From positions 32,001 to 96,000 of IMG/VR virus record IMGVR_UViG_3300045988_105168: a stretch of DNA of 64,000 nt. The stretch is one strand, 5' to 3'. A program made the translations under genes and the position numbers. Source of the stretch: a virus. The notes beneath the pieces are model-generated. The model saw only the letters and a program-made list of their open reading frames with translations. It was not told the DNA's origin and made no database searches. Shown here in pieces: positions 53,066-62,289 of this stretch (position 1 is the first letter of the stretch; every line of letters begins with the position of its first letter).

Positions 53066-53494
53066 ATGATAGAAAGCAGATTAATGGAAATTTACGAGGG
53101 AATTTTTAAAGATAGCAAAATTGCAATAACAAAAAATAGTTTTAGTGGAGATAATGTTTTATGGGTACAACTATATCTAGCACAAAACGAGCAAGAAGAA
53201 ATCAATGGTTATTTTGACAACGATATGTTCGGCATTATATTTAAAATAACAAAAACGGCAGAAGATAACTATATAATGGAAAATAAACAAAATAGATACC
53301 TTGTAAAGCCGACAAATAAATATTTAGTATATGAAAGCAAAAAAGTTGCTTTTAGAAAAACACAAGGCAACGAGGACAAAATTATAACAACATTTAAAAA
53401 GTATGTGGAAAATCTACACAAGGCACTTGTAGAAGATTTAAAACAAGGCAACATACACGAAAATCATATAACACTTTTAGAAAAAAAGATTTAG
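53066..53494 (+). CDS. early protein
   Basis: The likely start is ATG 53066 (MIESRLMEIYEG). The track's GTG sits in the SD GAGGTGG. Confidence 0.5.
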   Translation: MIESRLMEIYEGIFKDSKIAITKNSFSGDNVLWVQLYLAQNEQEEINGYFDNDMFGIIFKITKTAEDNYIMENKQNRYLVKPTNKYLVYESKKVAFRKTQGNEDKIITTFKKYVENLHKALVEDLKQGNIHENHITLLEKKI

Positions 53495-53496
53495 AA

Positions 53497-53529
53497 TTTT
53501 TCTACTATATCAATTTTATATGGTATAAT
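53497..53529 (+). promoter_or_regulatory. conserved early promoter, copy 3
   Basis: TTTTTCTACTATAT, TGgTATAAT, same register. Confidence 0.6.
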
Positions 53530-53561
53530 AATATTAAGAAAAAGGAAAAGAGGAACGGAAA

Positions 53562-53750
53562 ATGAAGATAGAAGAAATTAAAAACACAATAAAATCATTA
53601 GCAAGTAGTCAAGGGTTTTACGGCAGATTATTAGCAAGTATGGAAACAATGGAAGAAATGTTCCCACAAGACTATGAAGAAGTTGTAAAAGAGTTAGAAA
53701 GCCAAAATTTTCAAAATGCAGTTGATTTAGTAATGTATTTTGAGTGTTAG
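53562..53750 (+). CDS. small early protein
   Basis: 62-aa ORF with an SD upstream. Confidence 0.5.
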   Translation: MKIEEIKNTIKSLASSQGFYGRLLASMETMEEMFPQDYEEVVKELESQNFQNAVDLVMYFEC

Positions 53751-53763
53751 GAGAGTGAAAACT

Positions 53764-54159
53764 ATGGAAAAATTTATTGAAGATATGACAAAAAGTTTAG
53801 AAAATATTGGAGCAACAAACATTAGTTTTAACACACACGAAATGAAAAAACATTTTAAAGCAGATACTATTGGAGCATTATTTGAAAGCACAAACGACTA
53901 CTATATAACAATATCTTTAACGGACAACTATTGCTTATATATAGAGGGTTTAAACGAGGACTATGTATCATTAGTTAACAATTTTAAAGTAGAAGATATA
54001 AGACATTTAATGATAGAATTAAACGACTATAACGGCAACATTTGTATAACAATACAACATTATGCAGAATTACAAGGTGTAGGACTTGAAACAACTATTA
54101 ACGACCTAAAAGAAAAAGTTTTAGACCTTGCAATTAATAAAAGTATTTTAAATGATTAA
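53764..54159 (+). CDS. early protein
   Basis: The likely start is ATG 53764 (MEKFIEDM, AGGAGAG upstream). Confidence 0.5.
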   Translation: MEKFIEDMTKSLENIGATNISFNTHEMKKHFKADTIGALFESTNDYYITISLTDNYCLYIEGLNEDYVSLVNNFKVEDIRHLMIELNDYNGNICITIQHYAELQGVGLETTINDLKEKVLDLAINKSILND

Positions 54160-54171
54160 TGGGGTGGAAAT

Positions 54172-54384
54172 ATGTATGTAATTTTTAATGAATATACGGA
54201 CATTTACGACCATTTACAACTTGTAGACAACATTTGTTTTACAACCTATGAGAAAGCAGAAGAGTATTTATTAAAAGGTGTAGAAAAATGGAAACACGGA
54301 GAATTAAAAAACGAGTATATAATATATAATTGTTATGTAGGCACAAGTACTTATATTATTGAAAAACTTGAAATAATTTCATAA
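54172..54384 (+). CDS. small early protein
   Basis: 70-aa ORF with a GGGGTGG SD. Confidence 0.5.
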   Translation: MYVIFNEYTDIYDHLQLVDNICFTTYEKAEEYLLKGVEKWKHGELKNEYIIYNCYVGTSTYIIEKLEIIS

Positions 54385-54417
54385 TTTTTCTACTATACGA
54401 AAATCTTATGATATAAT
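54385..54417 (+). promoter_or_regulatory. conserved early promoter, copy 4
   Basis: TTTTTCTACTATAC, TGaTATAAT, then ATAGGTGTAAAG. Confidence 0.6.
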
Positions 54418-54443
54418 ATAGGTGTAAAGAGGAGGAAAGACCT

Positions 54444-54620
54444 ATGGAAAAATTAAAAGAATTATTATTTGATTTATTTGATAACTACGAGGAATACGAG
54501 GACATTAGAGATAGTTTAAGAAGTTTAGCAAGTGATAACGAAATCACGGAGCAAGAATACGACATAATTTTAGATAACTATGATAAATGGTTAGCAGAGT
54601 ATGAAGAAAAAGAGGTGTAA
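54444..54620 (+). CDS. small acidic early protein (58 aa, not in the ORF track)
   Basis: Own translation MEKLKELLFDLFDNYEEYEDIRDSLRSLASDNEITEQEYDIILDNYDKWLAEYEEKEV. GAGGAGG SD upstream. Confidence 0.5.
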   Translation: MEKLKELLFDLFDNYEEYEDIRDSLRSLASDNEITEQEYDIILDNYDKWLAEYEEKEV

Positions 54621-54622
54621 AT

Positions 54623-54994
54623 ATGGAAATTAAAAAAATCATTTGTAAAAGTGGAAGAGAATATAATATAGTAAATGAATATTGGGAAACAAGCCGTGCT
54701 TGGGGACATAAAAGCACACTTGTAGCACAATGGGGAGATATGGGGAGCAGAAAAGTAACATATCAAAATAGAACTTGGGAAAGTTATAAATATCAAACTT
54801 GTATGTATGGTTTATTAAGTAGCATTTTAGAAAATGATTTAAAAGACTATATAACACGAGAAAAAGAAAACAAGGGTATAACAAGACTTTCAAAAGAGAT
54901 TAGAGCAGAATTAGAGCAAGAGTGGAATAACAACTCTTATACACAAGATTTAAAAGAAATACAAGAAAGAATTAGTAATAGAAATTTTGATTAA
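54623..54994 (+). CDS. early protein
   Basis: 123-aa ORF with a GAGGTG SD. Confidence 0.5.
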   Translation: MEIKKIICKSGREYNIVNEYWETSRAWGHKSTLVAQWGDMGSRKVTYQNRTWESYKYQTCMYGLLSSILENDLKDYITREKENKGITRLSKEIRAELEQEWNNNSYTQDLKEIQERISNRNFD

Positions 54995-55006
54995 TGAGGT
55001 GTAAAT

Positions 55007-55228
55007 ATGAAAGACATTTACGATAACGGAGAAAAAGTTTTAGGTAGAATTTACGACCTAAAAGAATATATATGCAGAAATTGTGAGGACTACGAGGAAG
55101 TCAAGGAAATAATTGAAGAATTAGAAAACTATGACGAGGACACAATAGCAGTAATTAATTATAGTAATGGTATGGGTTATTTAATAGATTATTTTACTAT
55201 TAAAGATAAAATGGAAAAAGAGGTGTAA
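55007..55228 (+). CDS. small acidic early protein
   Basis: 73-aa ORF with a GAGGTG SD. Confidence 0.5.
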   Translation: MKDIYDNGEKVLGRIYDLKEYICRNCEDYEEVKEIIEELENYDEDTIAVINYSNGMGYLIDYFTIKDKMEKEV

Positions 55229-55230
55229 TT

Positions 55231-55422
55231 ATGAGTGTAAAAGATTTAACAAGAGAGCAATTAATTGAATTAAAGCAAAAATATTATACTGAAAGAAACG
55301 AAAATGTTAGTTATGGAGAATTAGCCGATATTGATAATTTAGTTAGTGATAATGAAATTTTTGAGGAATACGGACATATAACATTTGTAGAAGAGGACTT
55401 CTTTTGTATATGCAACAATTAA
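55231..55422 (+). CDS. small early protein
   Basis: 63-aa ORF with a GAGGTG SD. Confidence 0.5.
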   Translation: MSVKDLTREQLIELKQKYYTERNENVSYGELADIDNLVSDNEIFEEYGHITFVEEDFFCICNN

Positions 55423-55682
55423 AAAATATTATGTATTTATTTGATACGAGCAATTTATACCTTGAATTTAAATATAATAAAAGAGTGGCAAGGGCAAAAG
55501 GTACGACCGAAAAAATTATTACTTGTGATTATTATATTGTACCATTTAACAAGGAATTTGTGAGATTTAACAATAGTATAAAATCATACGATACTATCAA
55601 GAATTTAAGAGCCGAAAAAGTATATTATCATACTGAATTAGAGGGTGTTGTTATTAGAATAAGAGAGTATTGGGAGAGGTAA
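55410..55682 (+). CDS. small early protein
   Basis: The start is uncertain (ATG 55410 or 55431). The track uses TTG 55404. Confidence 0.4.
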   Translation: MQQLKNIMYLFDTSNLYLEFKYNKRVARAKGTTEKIITCDYYIVPFNKEFVRFNNSIKSYDTIKNLRAEKVYYHTELEGVVIRIREYWER

Positions 55683-55684
55683 TT

Positions 55685-56026
55685 ATGAAAGCAAAAGACA
55701 AGTTTTTACTTAATTGTGATATATTTAAAAGAGAATTGGCAGATTTACAAGCCGAAATTGATTATGCAGAAGATACGGAAATACACGGCACACTAGCATA
55801 TATTGGAGCAAATTATAGTTATGAATTGGCAAACATTTGTTTTGGACTTGGTTATGCAACTTGGTTTTTTATGATAGGAGAGTATATTGGAGAGCCATTT
55901 GACTATGAAACATTAAAACAAGGTGTTTGTGATACTATTATATCAAACGAAGAAATTTGCAAGGAATACACGGCAGAAGAAATTAATAAAATAAAAAATG
56001 AAATTTTAAATGCAAAAATTAATTAA
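55685..56026 (+). CDS. early protein
   Basis: The likely start is ATG 55685 (MKAKDKFLL, GGGAGAGG upstream). Confidence 0.5.
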   Translation: MKAKDKFLLNCDIFKRELADLQAEIDYAEDTEIHGTLAYIGANYSYELANICFGLGYATWFFMIGEYIGEPFDYETLKQGVCDTIISNEEICKEYTAEEINKIKNEILNAKIN

Positions 56027-56059
56027 TTTTTCTACTATATCAAAAATATATGTTATAAT
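56027..56059 (+). promoter_or_regulatory. conserved early promoter, copy 5
   Basis: TTTTTCTACTATAT, TGtTATAAT, then ATAGGTGTAAAG. Confidence 0.6.
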
Positions 56060-56088
56060 ATAGGTGTAAAGACAAAGGAGGACTATGT

Positions 56089-56436
56089 ATGAATAGTAAA
56101 GAAATAAAAGAGCAACAAACATTTTTAAATTGTTATAAGACATTAACCGACGAACAAAAACTAAAATTAAAAGAGTTGAGTTTACGAGAAATGATTATGA
56201 GTTGTTTGGTATATGGAGAAGATATTTTTACAAGTGTTTGTATTAATGCTTGTAGTGAATATTATCATAGACCTTATGCAGAAGAATATATTGATATATT
56301 GGGTTATGATAGGGTTATGGAAATCTATAACGACCAAAAAAATTATTTTGATACAAAATGCAGAGTTGAGAAAAATGTTTATACCGATTATGAGGGTTTA
56401 ACATATAATAGTTTAATTGAGGAGGAATTGTTATGA
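56089..56436 (+). CDS. early protein
   Basis: 115-aa ORF with an AAGGAGG SD. Confidence 0.5.
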   Translation: MNSKEIKEQQTFLNCYKTLTDEQKLKLKELSLREMIMSCLVYGEDIFTSVCINACSEYYHRPYAEEYIDILGYDRVMEIYNDQKNYFDTKCRVEKNVYTDYEGLTYNSLIEEELL

Positions 56437-57527
56437 GTTATGAAAAAGTAAAATGTATAACAAGAAAGCCAAAAGAGAATAAAATAATTATAACAAGTGC
56501 TTGTAATAATGTACGACCATTAACATTTGGAAAATGGGAATACGGAAAAGCAGATATGAGTTATAAAGAAAAAATGTTTTATTTATTAAAAGATATTAGT
56601 GGTGGAAATTTACAACTTAACAATAGTTGTTATGAGTGGAATTATGCAGTACTAAAAACAAGAGATTATATGCAAGAAAAATATGGCAAGGAATATCATT
56701 TATACGATTTAGCCACTATGAAATATACTTCTTATTGTTTAGGAGAGCAAATAAGTAGCCGATACACTCCTATAACACAAACTGAAATAGAGAGTGGCAA
56801 CTATAACTATATTTTAGAGTGGGAGAGTAAAGATAATAAAAGTAAAGTATATTATAGAGCCGAAGAATATAACAACGAGAAAGCAAGAGTTATGGAAGTA
56901 TTGGAAGAATATTATAATGTATTTATTGGTTATTTAGAAGAAAAACACGAGGGAAAATACTATTTATATAGTGAAACTTATGGTTATGTTAAGCCAAAAG
57001 GTACAAACGGCAGTTTTTACTATAATATGAGTAGCAGTTTAGTTGAAAATATGGACTACAAAAAAGCATATTGTTTAGCAAGAACTATTGGCAGAGATAT
57101 TGAAATTGTAGCCGTTCCTAAAAGAGAATACAAGCCGACACAAAAACAAGTGGAAGAAAGCAAACAAAGAATTGAATTGTTAGGTTTAGAGCCACGATTT
57201 AGTGAAAAATTATATATGAGTGATAGATATATGATAAGAGAGGTAAAAGATAAGGAAAAAGAACTAATCAAGGCAATAAATGAATTTGAGAAAGAATATA
57301 ATGCTTATGTTTATCACATTGTGTATAATGATACTAATATAGGGCAATTATATACTATGTTATATGTTAGTAGCCACGAAGAAGAGTGGGCAAGTGATAG
57401 AGCAGATATAAAAGAAAAACAATTATATGCTTATGTATGGAATAGAACTGATAATTATTGCAGTGAAATTGGTTTAGTAGGAATAGAACAAGTAGAACAT
57501 TGCAATTTGTTAAAAAGAATTTTCTAA
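56433..57527 (+). CDS. early protein (364 aa), function unknown
   Basis: GAGGAGG SD. Overlaps the upstream stop (ATGA). Confidence 0.55.
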   Translation: MSYEKVKCITRKPKENKIIITSACNNVRPLTFGKWEYGKADMSYKEKMFYLLKDISGGNLQLNNSCYEWNYAVLKTRDYMQEKYGKEYHLYDLATMKYTSYCLGEQISSRYTPITQTEIESGNYNYILEWESKDNKSKVYYRAEEYNNEKARVMEVLEEYYNVFIGYLEEKHEGKYYLYSETYGYVKPKGTNGSFYYNMSSSLVENMDYKKAYCLARTIGRDIEIVAVPKREYKPTQKQVEESKQRIELLGLEPRFSEKLYMSDRYMIREVKDKEKELIKAINEFEKEYNAYVYHIVYNDTNIGQLYTMLYVSSHEEEWASDRADIKEKQLYAYVWNRTDNYCSEIGLVGIEQVEHCNLLKRIF

Positions 57528-57529
57528 AA

Positions 57530-57560
57530 TTTCTACTATACAAAATTGTTATGATATAAT
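57530..57560 (+). promoter_or_regulatory. conserved early promoter, copy 6
   Basis: TTTCTACTATAC, TGaTATAAT, same register. Confidence 0.6.
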
Positions 57561-57586
57561 TAGTATGTAATGAGGAAGTGATAGTT

Positions 57587-57835
57587 ATGATTATGGAAAT
57601 AAGAGCCATAAACACACTAAAATTAATTGATACACAAGAAATCAAAAGCAGAAGAAAATTTGATAAAATGTGTAAAAAATTAACAAAATTAGTACTAAAA
57701 CACGACAAAAAGAGCCAAAAAGAGGGTAAAAACGAGGAATTTTTAATTAGAGTAAAAAAGAACTCTTATATAGTAAAAAGTGGCAGATATGGTTTTGTCG
57801 TAGGTATTAAGAAGGCAGAGAGCCGTTGGTTATAA
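57587..57835 (+). CDS. small basic early protein
   Basis: The likely start is ATG 57587 (MIMEIRAINT, GAGGAAG upstream). Confidence 0.45.
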   Translation: MIMEIRAINTLKLIDTQEIKSRRKFDKMCKKLTKLVLKHDKKSQKEGKNEEFLIRVKKNSYIVKSGRYGFVVGIKKAESRWL

Positions 57836-57843
57836 CACGGCAA

Positions 57844-57903
57844 ACAAAACTCTTATGAGTTTTGTGAGTAGCATTATGCTCCGTTCCGTGTAGTGCTATT
57901 CAC
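57844..57903 (+). other. two adjacent hairpins in a 110-nt untranslated spacer
   Basis: ACAAAACTC-ttat-GAGTTTTGT (9 bp) and GTGAGTAGCA-20 nt-TGCTATTCAC (10 bp with one G-U). The spacer is flanked by TATAACACG words at 57831 and 57921. Confidence 0.55.
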
Positions 57904-57944
57904 AAAGCCCATAAGGGTAATATAACACGAGGAGGAATAAAGAA

Positions 57945-58205
57945 ATGATTAAGGAAGTTAAAACAAAGAAAAATGTAATTATGGTAAATAAAAATCACGA
58001 AAGAGGTTATGAAAGTAAACAAGGTGTAATGATTATAGAGGAAGAAAATGGCAAAAAACATATTCTTGACCTTACAAGTAATACCGATATATCTACAAGT
58101 GATTATATTGATATAGCAGATACTAAAAAGACAAAAGAAGAAATATTATTTAAAAACATTATGTTAGATACTGAACGATTAAAAAAGTTAAGTGAGGGGA
58201 AATAA
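57945..58205 (+). CDS. small early protein
   Basis: 86-aa ORF with a GAGGAGG SD. Confidence 0.5.
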   Translation: MIKEVKTKKNVIMVNKNHERGYESKQGVMIIEEENGKKHILDLTSNTDISTSDYIDIADTKKTKEEILFKNIMLDTERLKKLSEGK

Positions 58206-58206
58206 T

Positions 58207-58536
58207 ATGAATAGAGATTATTGTATTGTTATTGATAATGGTGGTAATGTTTATAAAGTAAAGCAACAAGCAATGATACAATGTTTTGATAAAATAATTG
58301 CACCATTAGATATAATTAGTCAAGTTGGCAATGAAAGTGAAATGGAGATAGCACACGAAATTGGTTTAGATTATGTAAAACAACTTGAAAGTGGTTTAAT
58401 GAGTGCATTAGACGAATTATCTATATCAAGTGGTGGAGAATTTGATTATTATGATAAATTACGAGAATTAACGGGTTTTGGAAATTATCAAGCATTAGAC
58501 TTTTTAGATATGTTTAGTGATAACGAGGGAGAATAA
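58207..58536 (+). CDS. early protein
   Basis: The likely start is ATG 58207 (MNRDYCIV, GAGGGG upstream). Confidence 0.5.
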   Translation: MNRDYCIVIDNGGNVYKVKQQAMIQCFDKIIAPLDIISQVGNESEMEIAHEIGLDYVKQLESGLMSALDELSISSGGEFDYYDKLRELTGFGNYQALDFLDMFSDNEGE

Positions 58537-58538
58537 CT

Positions 58539-58778
58539 ATGTATAATGGTAATATGCAGATATTAATATATGAAAATGTAAATTATACAAAAGTAGGAAG
58601 TATGCAGTCAATTTCATTAGCACCGATAGGGGCAACATTAGAATTAAATGGCAAGGCATATAGAATAATTGATTATATTATATTAGAGCAATGTACTACT
58701 TTATATATGGTTGTAAAACTTATTTCAAAGCACGAATATAGTGCATACGAGGGTTTAAAGAATAGAGGTGTAATATAA
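58539..58778 (+). CDS. small early protein
   Basis: 79-aa ORF with a GAGGGAG SD. Confidence 0.5.
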   Translation: MYNGNMQILIYENVNYTKVGSMQSISLAPIGATLELNGKAYRIIDYIILEQCTTLYMVVKLISKHEYSAYEGLKNRGVI

Positions 58779-58948
58779 TGACAAAAGAACAATTAATGAA
58801 TAATTTATATGAGATTATAGCAGAACATATTGAGGAATTGGCATACGAAAACGGAGCAAGTATTTATTTGACTGATAAAAACGAATTATATATTGATTTG
58901 AACGATACCGAACAAGTGTTCGTGTTGAAAGCAGAGGTGGAAAAGTAA
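58778..58948 (+). CDS. small acidic early protein (56 aa, not in the ORF track)
   Basis: Own translation MTKEQLMNNLYEIIAEHIEELAYENGASIYLTDKNELYIDLNDTEQVFVLKAEVEK. GAGGTG SD upstream. TAATG overlap with the next gene. Confidence 0.5.
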   Translation: MTKEQLMNNLYEIIAEHIEELAYENGASIYLTDKNELYIDLNDTEQVFVLKAEVEK

Positions 58949-59196
58949 TGAATACACAATTAACTATGCAAAGCATTTTAGATTTAGCATTAAAATTAGA
59001 AGAACAAGGACTAAATCTATCTAAATTAAAGGTATATTTAGGGGACGACGACGAATTAAATGGGGTACACAATGCTTGGTATTGTGAACTTGTTGAAAAC
59101 GACGGAGAAGAAGAAAATAATTGTATAGTTGACTTAATTAATGAAAATATAGGCAACTATGTAGAAGATAACGAAAAATTTATTTTAATTAGTTAG
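58948..59196 (+). CDS. small acidic early protein
   Basis: 82-aa ORF with a GAGGTGG SD. Confidence 0.5.
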   Translation: MNTQLTMQSILDLALKLEEQGLNLSKLKVYLGDDDELNGVHNAWYCELVENDGEEENNCIVDLINENIGNYVEDNEKFILIS

Positions 59197-59210
59197 AAGA
59201 AATTTTCAAA

Positions 59211-59243
59211 TTTTTCTACTATATGAGATTTATGTGTTATAAT
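59211..59243 (+). promoter_or_regulatory. conserved early promoter, copy 7
   Basis: TTTTTCTACTATAT, TGtTATAAT, then ATAAGTGTAAAA. Confidence 0.6.
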
Positions 59244-59286
59244 ATAAGTGTAAAAAGAAAGAAAGACTTTTTATAGGAGGTATATT

Positions 59287-59835
59287 ATGGAAACACTAAA
59301 TCAAAAATTAAAAAGATTAGTAAAAGAAAGTGAAAAAGAATTACAAGCCATTGGACTTGGAGATAAGTTAAAAAGTGATATTAAATACACAATTAACTAT
59401 AAAGCCAAAAAGAGATTAGGACAATGTTGTAATAAGAATAGTATTAATATTTCAAGTTGGTTATTAGAAATAGGGTTAGACCACGATATAAAAAATACTA
59501 TTATTCACGAAATTCTACATAGTTTTGAGGACACGATAGGACATAAAGAAAAGTGGCAATATTATGCTAGATATGTTAACAATAGAACTGATTATCATAT
59601 AACAAGATTAGCAAATGTTGACGGCATTTATGCAAGAGCAAATAAAACTAGACCACGAAGAGAAGTGAGTTATAAATATGAGATAACTTGTGAAAAATGT
59701 GGTAAAGTATTTTATAGACAAAAAATGACAAAAAGAATATTTAATAGTTTTACACAAGGAACTATGGTACATAAATCTTGTGGAGGACACGACTTTAAAA
59801 TAGTTGACATTAAAAATTGTGAAGTGTTATGGTAA
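59287..59835 (+). CDS. SprT-like zinc metalloprotease-domain protein with C-terminal zinc ribbon
   Basis: HEILH (HExxH) in an SprT-like context (KRLGQC...INISSWLL...TIIHEILH). CEKCG...HKSCGG. Confidence 0.6.
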   Translation: METLNQKLKRLVKESEKELQAIGLGDKLKSDIKYTINYKAKKRLGQCCNKNSINISSWLLEIGLDHDIKNTIIHEILHSFEDTIGHKEKWQYYARYVNNRTDYHITRLANVDGIYARANKTRPRREVSYKYEITCEKCGKVFYRQKMTKRIFNSFTQGTMVHKSCGGHDFKIVDIKNCEVLW

Positions 59836-59851
59836 AAGAGGAGGTAATTTT

Positions 59852-61402
59852 ATGGAAACTAATTATTTAAGAGATTATTATAAAAAAGAAACACACGACT
59901 TAACAAGTTTAATTAATGCAAATTCAAAGAACGAAGAAAAGATACAAGCAATTAAAAAAGAAATAACAAAATTGCAAAAGAGTATTGAATTAAAAAGTGA
60001 AGAATTGCATAAAGAAGTAGAAAGAGTGTATACAAGTAATTTTATACCTTTATCAAAAAGAGTTGTTGTGAGATATGACGGAAGAAGTAATGAAAGTTTA
60101 TTTGATATTGCTACGGGGTTAGAAGTTGATAATATAGAAGAGGACGATATTGTTTATACTATATATAACAAAAGTGATATTATCTCCGTAGTAGTTGGGT
60201 ATAGTTATGAGTTAGCAAGTATTATCACAAAAAAATATAAATATAATATTAATAGAGATAACACAAAATTTAACACAAAACTATTAGAAGAACGAGTAAT
60301 TAGTTTTATGGACGGCAAACAAGCAAGATTTGTTGCAGAAACTGAACAAGTTATTGAAGAAAACACTTCTTGGAGCGAATTACAACCTCTTGAAAGAATA
60401 AAAGACGGAGAGTTTGTTAACACTCTATATGGTGTAAATTATGAGGGAAGATATGATTTAAGAGAATTAAGAGAAAGAAATTTATGTAATAAATCTTTTG
60501 AAATTATTTTAAAAACATCTCCAAAAGAAATATTAGACGACTTATTAAAGTTAAATTTAGAACAAGCACAACCTATTCACAAGATTATAGGTGTATCACT
60601 AGAAACATATAATAAAGCCGTTGAAAGAGGTGTTATTAGAACATTATTTGATAATAGAGATTATATTGGTGGTAAAAAGAACGAAACTTATGGTATAAAT
60701 AAAACTGAAAGTGAGTGGTTTGAAACTATTGACGAAATGAAACACTACGAAGAAGATTTACAATTTTATAACATAGATTATAGTGGAGCATATTATTATC
60801 AAAGAAATGGAAGTTTATTAGAAACTTTATTAACAAGTTATGCAGACGAAGAAGTATTTAAAGATAATTATTCATTTGGTAAATTCTCAAATTATGTAAT
60901 TAATGAAACAATAAATCAAGGTTATAATAGAGTTAGAGATTTTGTAAGTGAATTAAGAGATTATCTTCGTATGTGTAAACAAGACGATATTAAGCCGACA
61001 TTATATTCAAGTTATTTAAAACAAACACACGATATAACAAGTAGAAATCATAATGTTAGAGTGGAAAAAGAAAACGAAGAAACATTTAAGAGCAGATATA
61101 AAGACTTTAAAGAATATAAAGGAAAAGTTTATAGTGTAGTAGCACCAAAAGATAGTAATGACTTGAAAAAAGAGGGAGATACATTAAATCATTGTGTAGC
61201 AAGTTATATTAAAAGAGTTATTGACGGAGAGTGTTTAATTTACTTTTTAAGAAAAGACAAAGAAGAAAGTTTAATAACATTTGAAGTTAGACATAACACA
61301 ATAGTACAAGTAAGAGGACTACACAATAGAAAGCCGACTGAAAACGAACAACAAGCATTAAAAGAGTTTGCTAAATATAGAAAAATGGAGGTAAATTTCT
61401 AA
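59852..61402 (+). CDS. PcfJ-like protein
   Basis: C-terminal EGDTLNHCVASYIKRVIDGECLIYFLR...FEV...VRG is the PcfJ-type signature. The likely start is ATG 59852 (GAGGAGG upstream), not the track's 59804. Confidence 0.55.
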   Translation: METNYLRDYYKKETHDLTSLINANSKNEEKIQAIKKEITKLQKSIELKSEELHKEVERVYTSNFIPLSKRVVVRYDGRSNESLFDIATGLEVDNIEEDDIVYTIYNKSDIISVVVGYSYELASIITKKYKYNINRDNTKFNTKLLEERVISFMDGKQARFVAETEQVIEENTSWSELQPLERIKDGEFVNTLYGVNYEGRYDLRELRERNLCNKSFEIILKTSPKEILDDLLKLNLEQAQPIHKIIGVSLETYNKAVERGVIRTLFDNRDYIGGKKNETYGINKTESEWFETIDEMKHYEEDLQFYNIDYSGAYYYQRNGSLLETLLTSYADEEVFKDNYSFGKFSNYVINETINQGYNRVRDFVSELRDYLRMCKQDDIKPTLYSSYLKQTHDITSRNHNVRVEKENEETFKSRYKDFKEYKGKVYSVVAPKDSNDLKKEGDTLNHCVASYIKRVIDGECLIYFLRKDKEESLITFEVRHNTIVQVRGLHNRKPTENEQQALKEFAKYRKMEVNF

Positions 61403-61737
61403 TGAGTAGTTTACATAATATTGAAATTAAATTATATGATTTGCAAGACGAGTTTGAAAATTGTGAGAGTGATAACAATTACAAGAAAATTTGTGAGGAA
61501 CTTATCACTCTTGCAAGTGAACTTGTAGAGAAATTAGATAGACATTATGATAAACTTAATGAAATTGACGAATATATAGGAGAAAATATTAACGACCAAA
61601 ACTTAATAGATTATGAAAGTTTAGTTTGGGAATTAAAGAAAGATAATTTATATACTGACGAAGTTGAAAGTTGGTTAGATAGATATATGAAATTCTATAA
61701 CAAAAAAGTTGTGGAGGAGATTAATATATGGAATTAA
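61402..61737 (+). CDS. small acidic early protein
   Basis: 111-aa ORF with a TAATG overlap. Confidence 0.5.
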   Translation: MSSLHNIEIKLYDLQDEFENCESDNNYKKICEELITLASELVEKLDRHYDKLNEIDEYIGENINDQNLIDYESLVWELKKDNLYTDEVESWLDRYMKFYNKKVVEEINIWN

Positions 61738-62000
61738 AAAATTGTGTAGATTATCATATTTTAAAAGCAGAATTAACAAACGAACAATTAGATATGATAG
61801 ATAAGGTAATAAAACATTATATTGCTTATGCAGAAAAGTATGACGACGGAGAAATTGACATTATAGGAGATTATACTAGGTTATATGGCAATGGTTATGT
61901 ATTAAATTGGTATGAGGGTTTAATGACGACCGAAGAGTTTATAGCAGAAGTAAAAGACGGCAATGTATATGTTGGAATATTAGATTTTAGGAGGTTATAA
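61728..62000 (+). CDS. small early protein
   Basis: 90-aa ORF with a GGAGGAG SD. Confidence 0.5.
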   Translation: MELKNCVDYHILKAELTNEQLDMIDKVIKHYIAYAEKYDDGEIDIIGDYTRLYGNGYVLNWYEGLMTTEEFIAEVKDGNVYVGILDFRRL

Positions 62001-62002
62001 TT

Positions 62003-62278
62003 ATGAGTATATTAAAAAGTAAATTTATAGAAAATTTTAATATGGAACGAATAGCACTTGATTTAATGGACTTAATTGAAGATATTGATATGACTTGTGA
62101 AGTATTAGATAATTTTGTTTACGAAAAATTTAACGAAGAATTTATGTATGGAGAAATTTATGACATATTTAAAGACGAAATGAGTAAAGAAGATTTACAA
62201 TGTTTGTTAGAAGATATGGGACACGATTTTGTTGATTTAGACGAATTAGACGAAGAAGAACGAGAAAAATATTATTAG
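62003..62278 (+). CDS. small acidic early protein
   Basis: 91-aa ORF with an AGGAGG SD. Confidence 0.5.
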   Translation: MSILKSKFIENFNMERIALDLMDLIEDIDMTCEVLDNFVYEKFNEEFMYGEIYDIFKDEMSKEDLQCLLEDMGHDFVDLDELDEEEREKYY

Positions 62279-62289
62279 GAGGTGTAATA

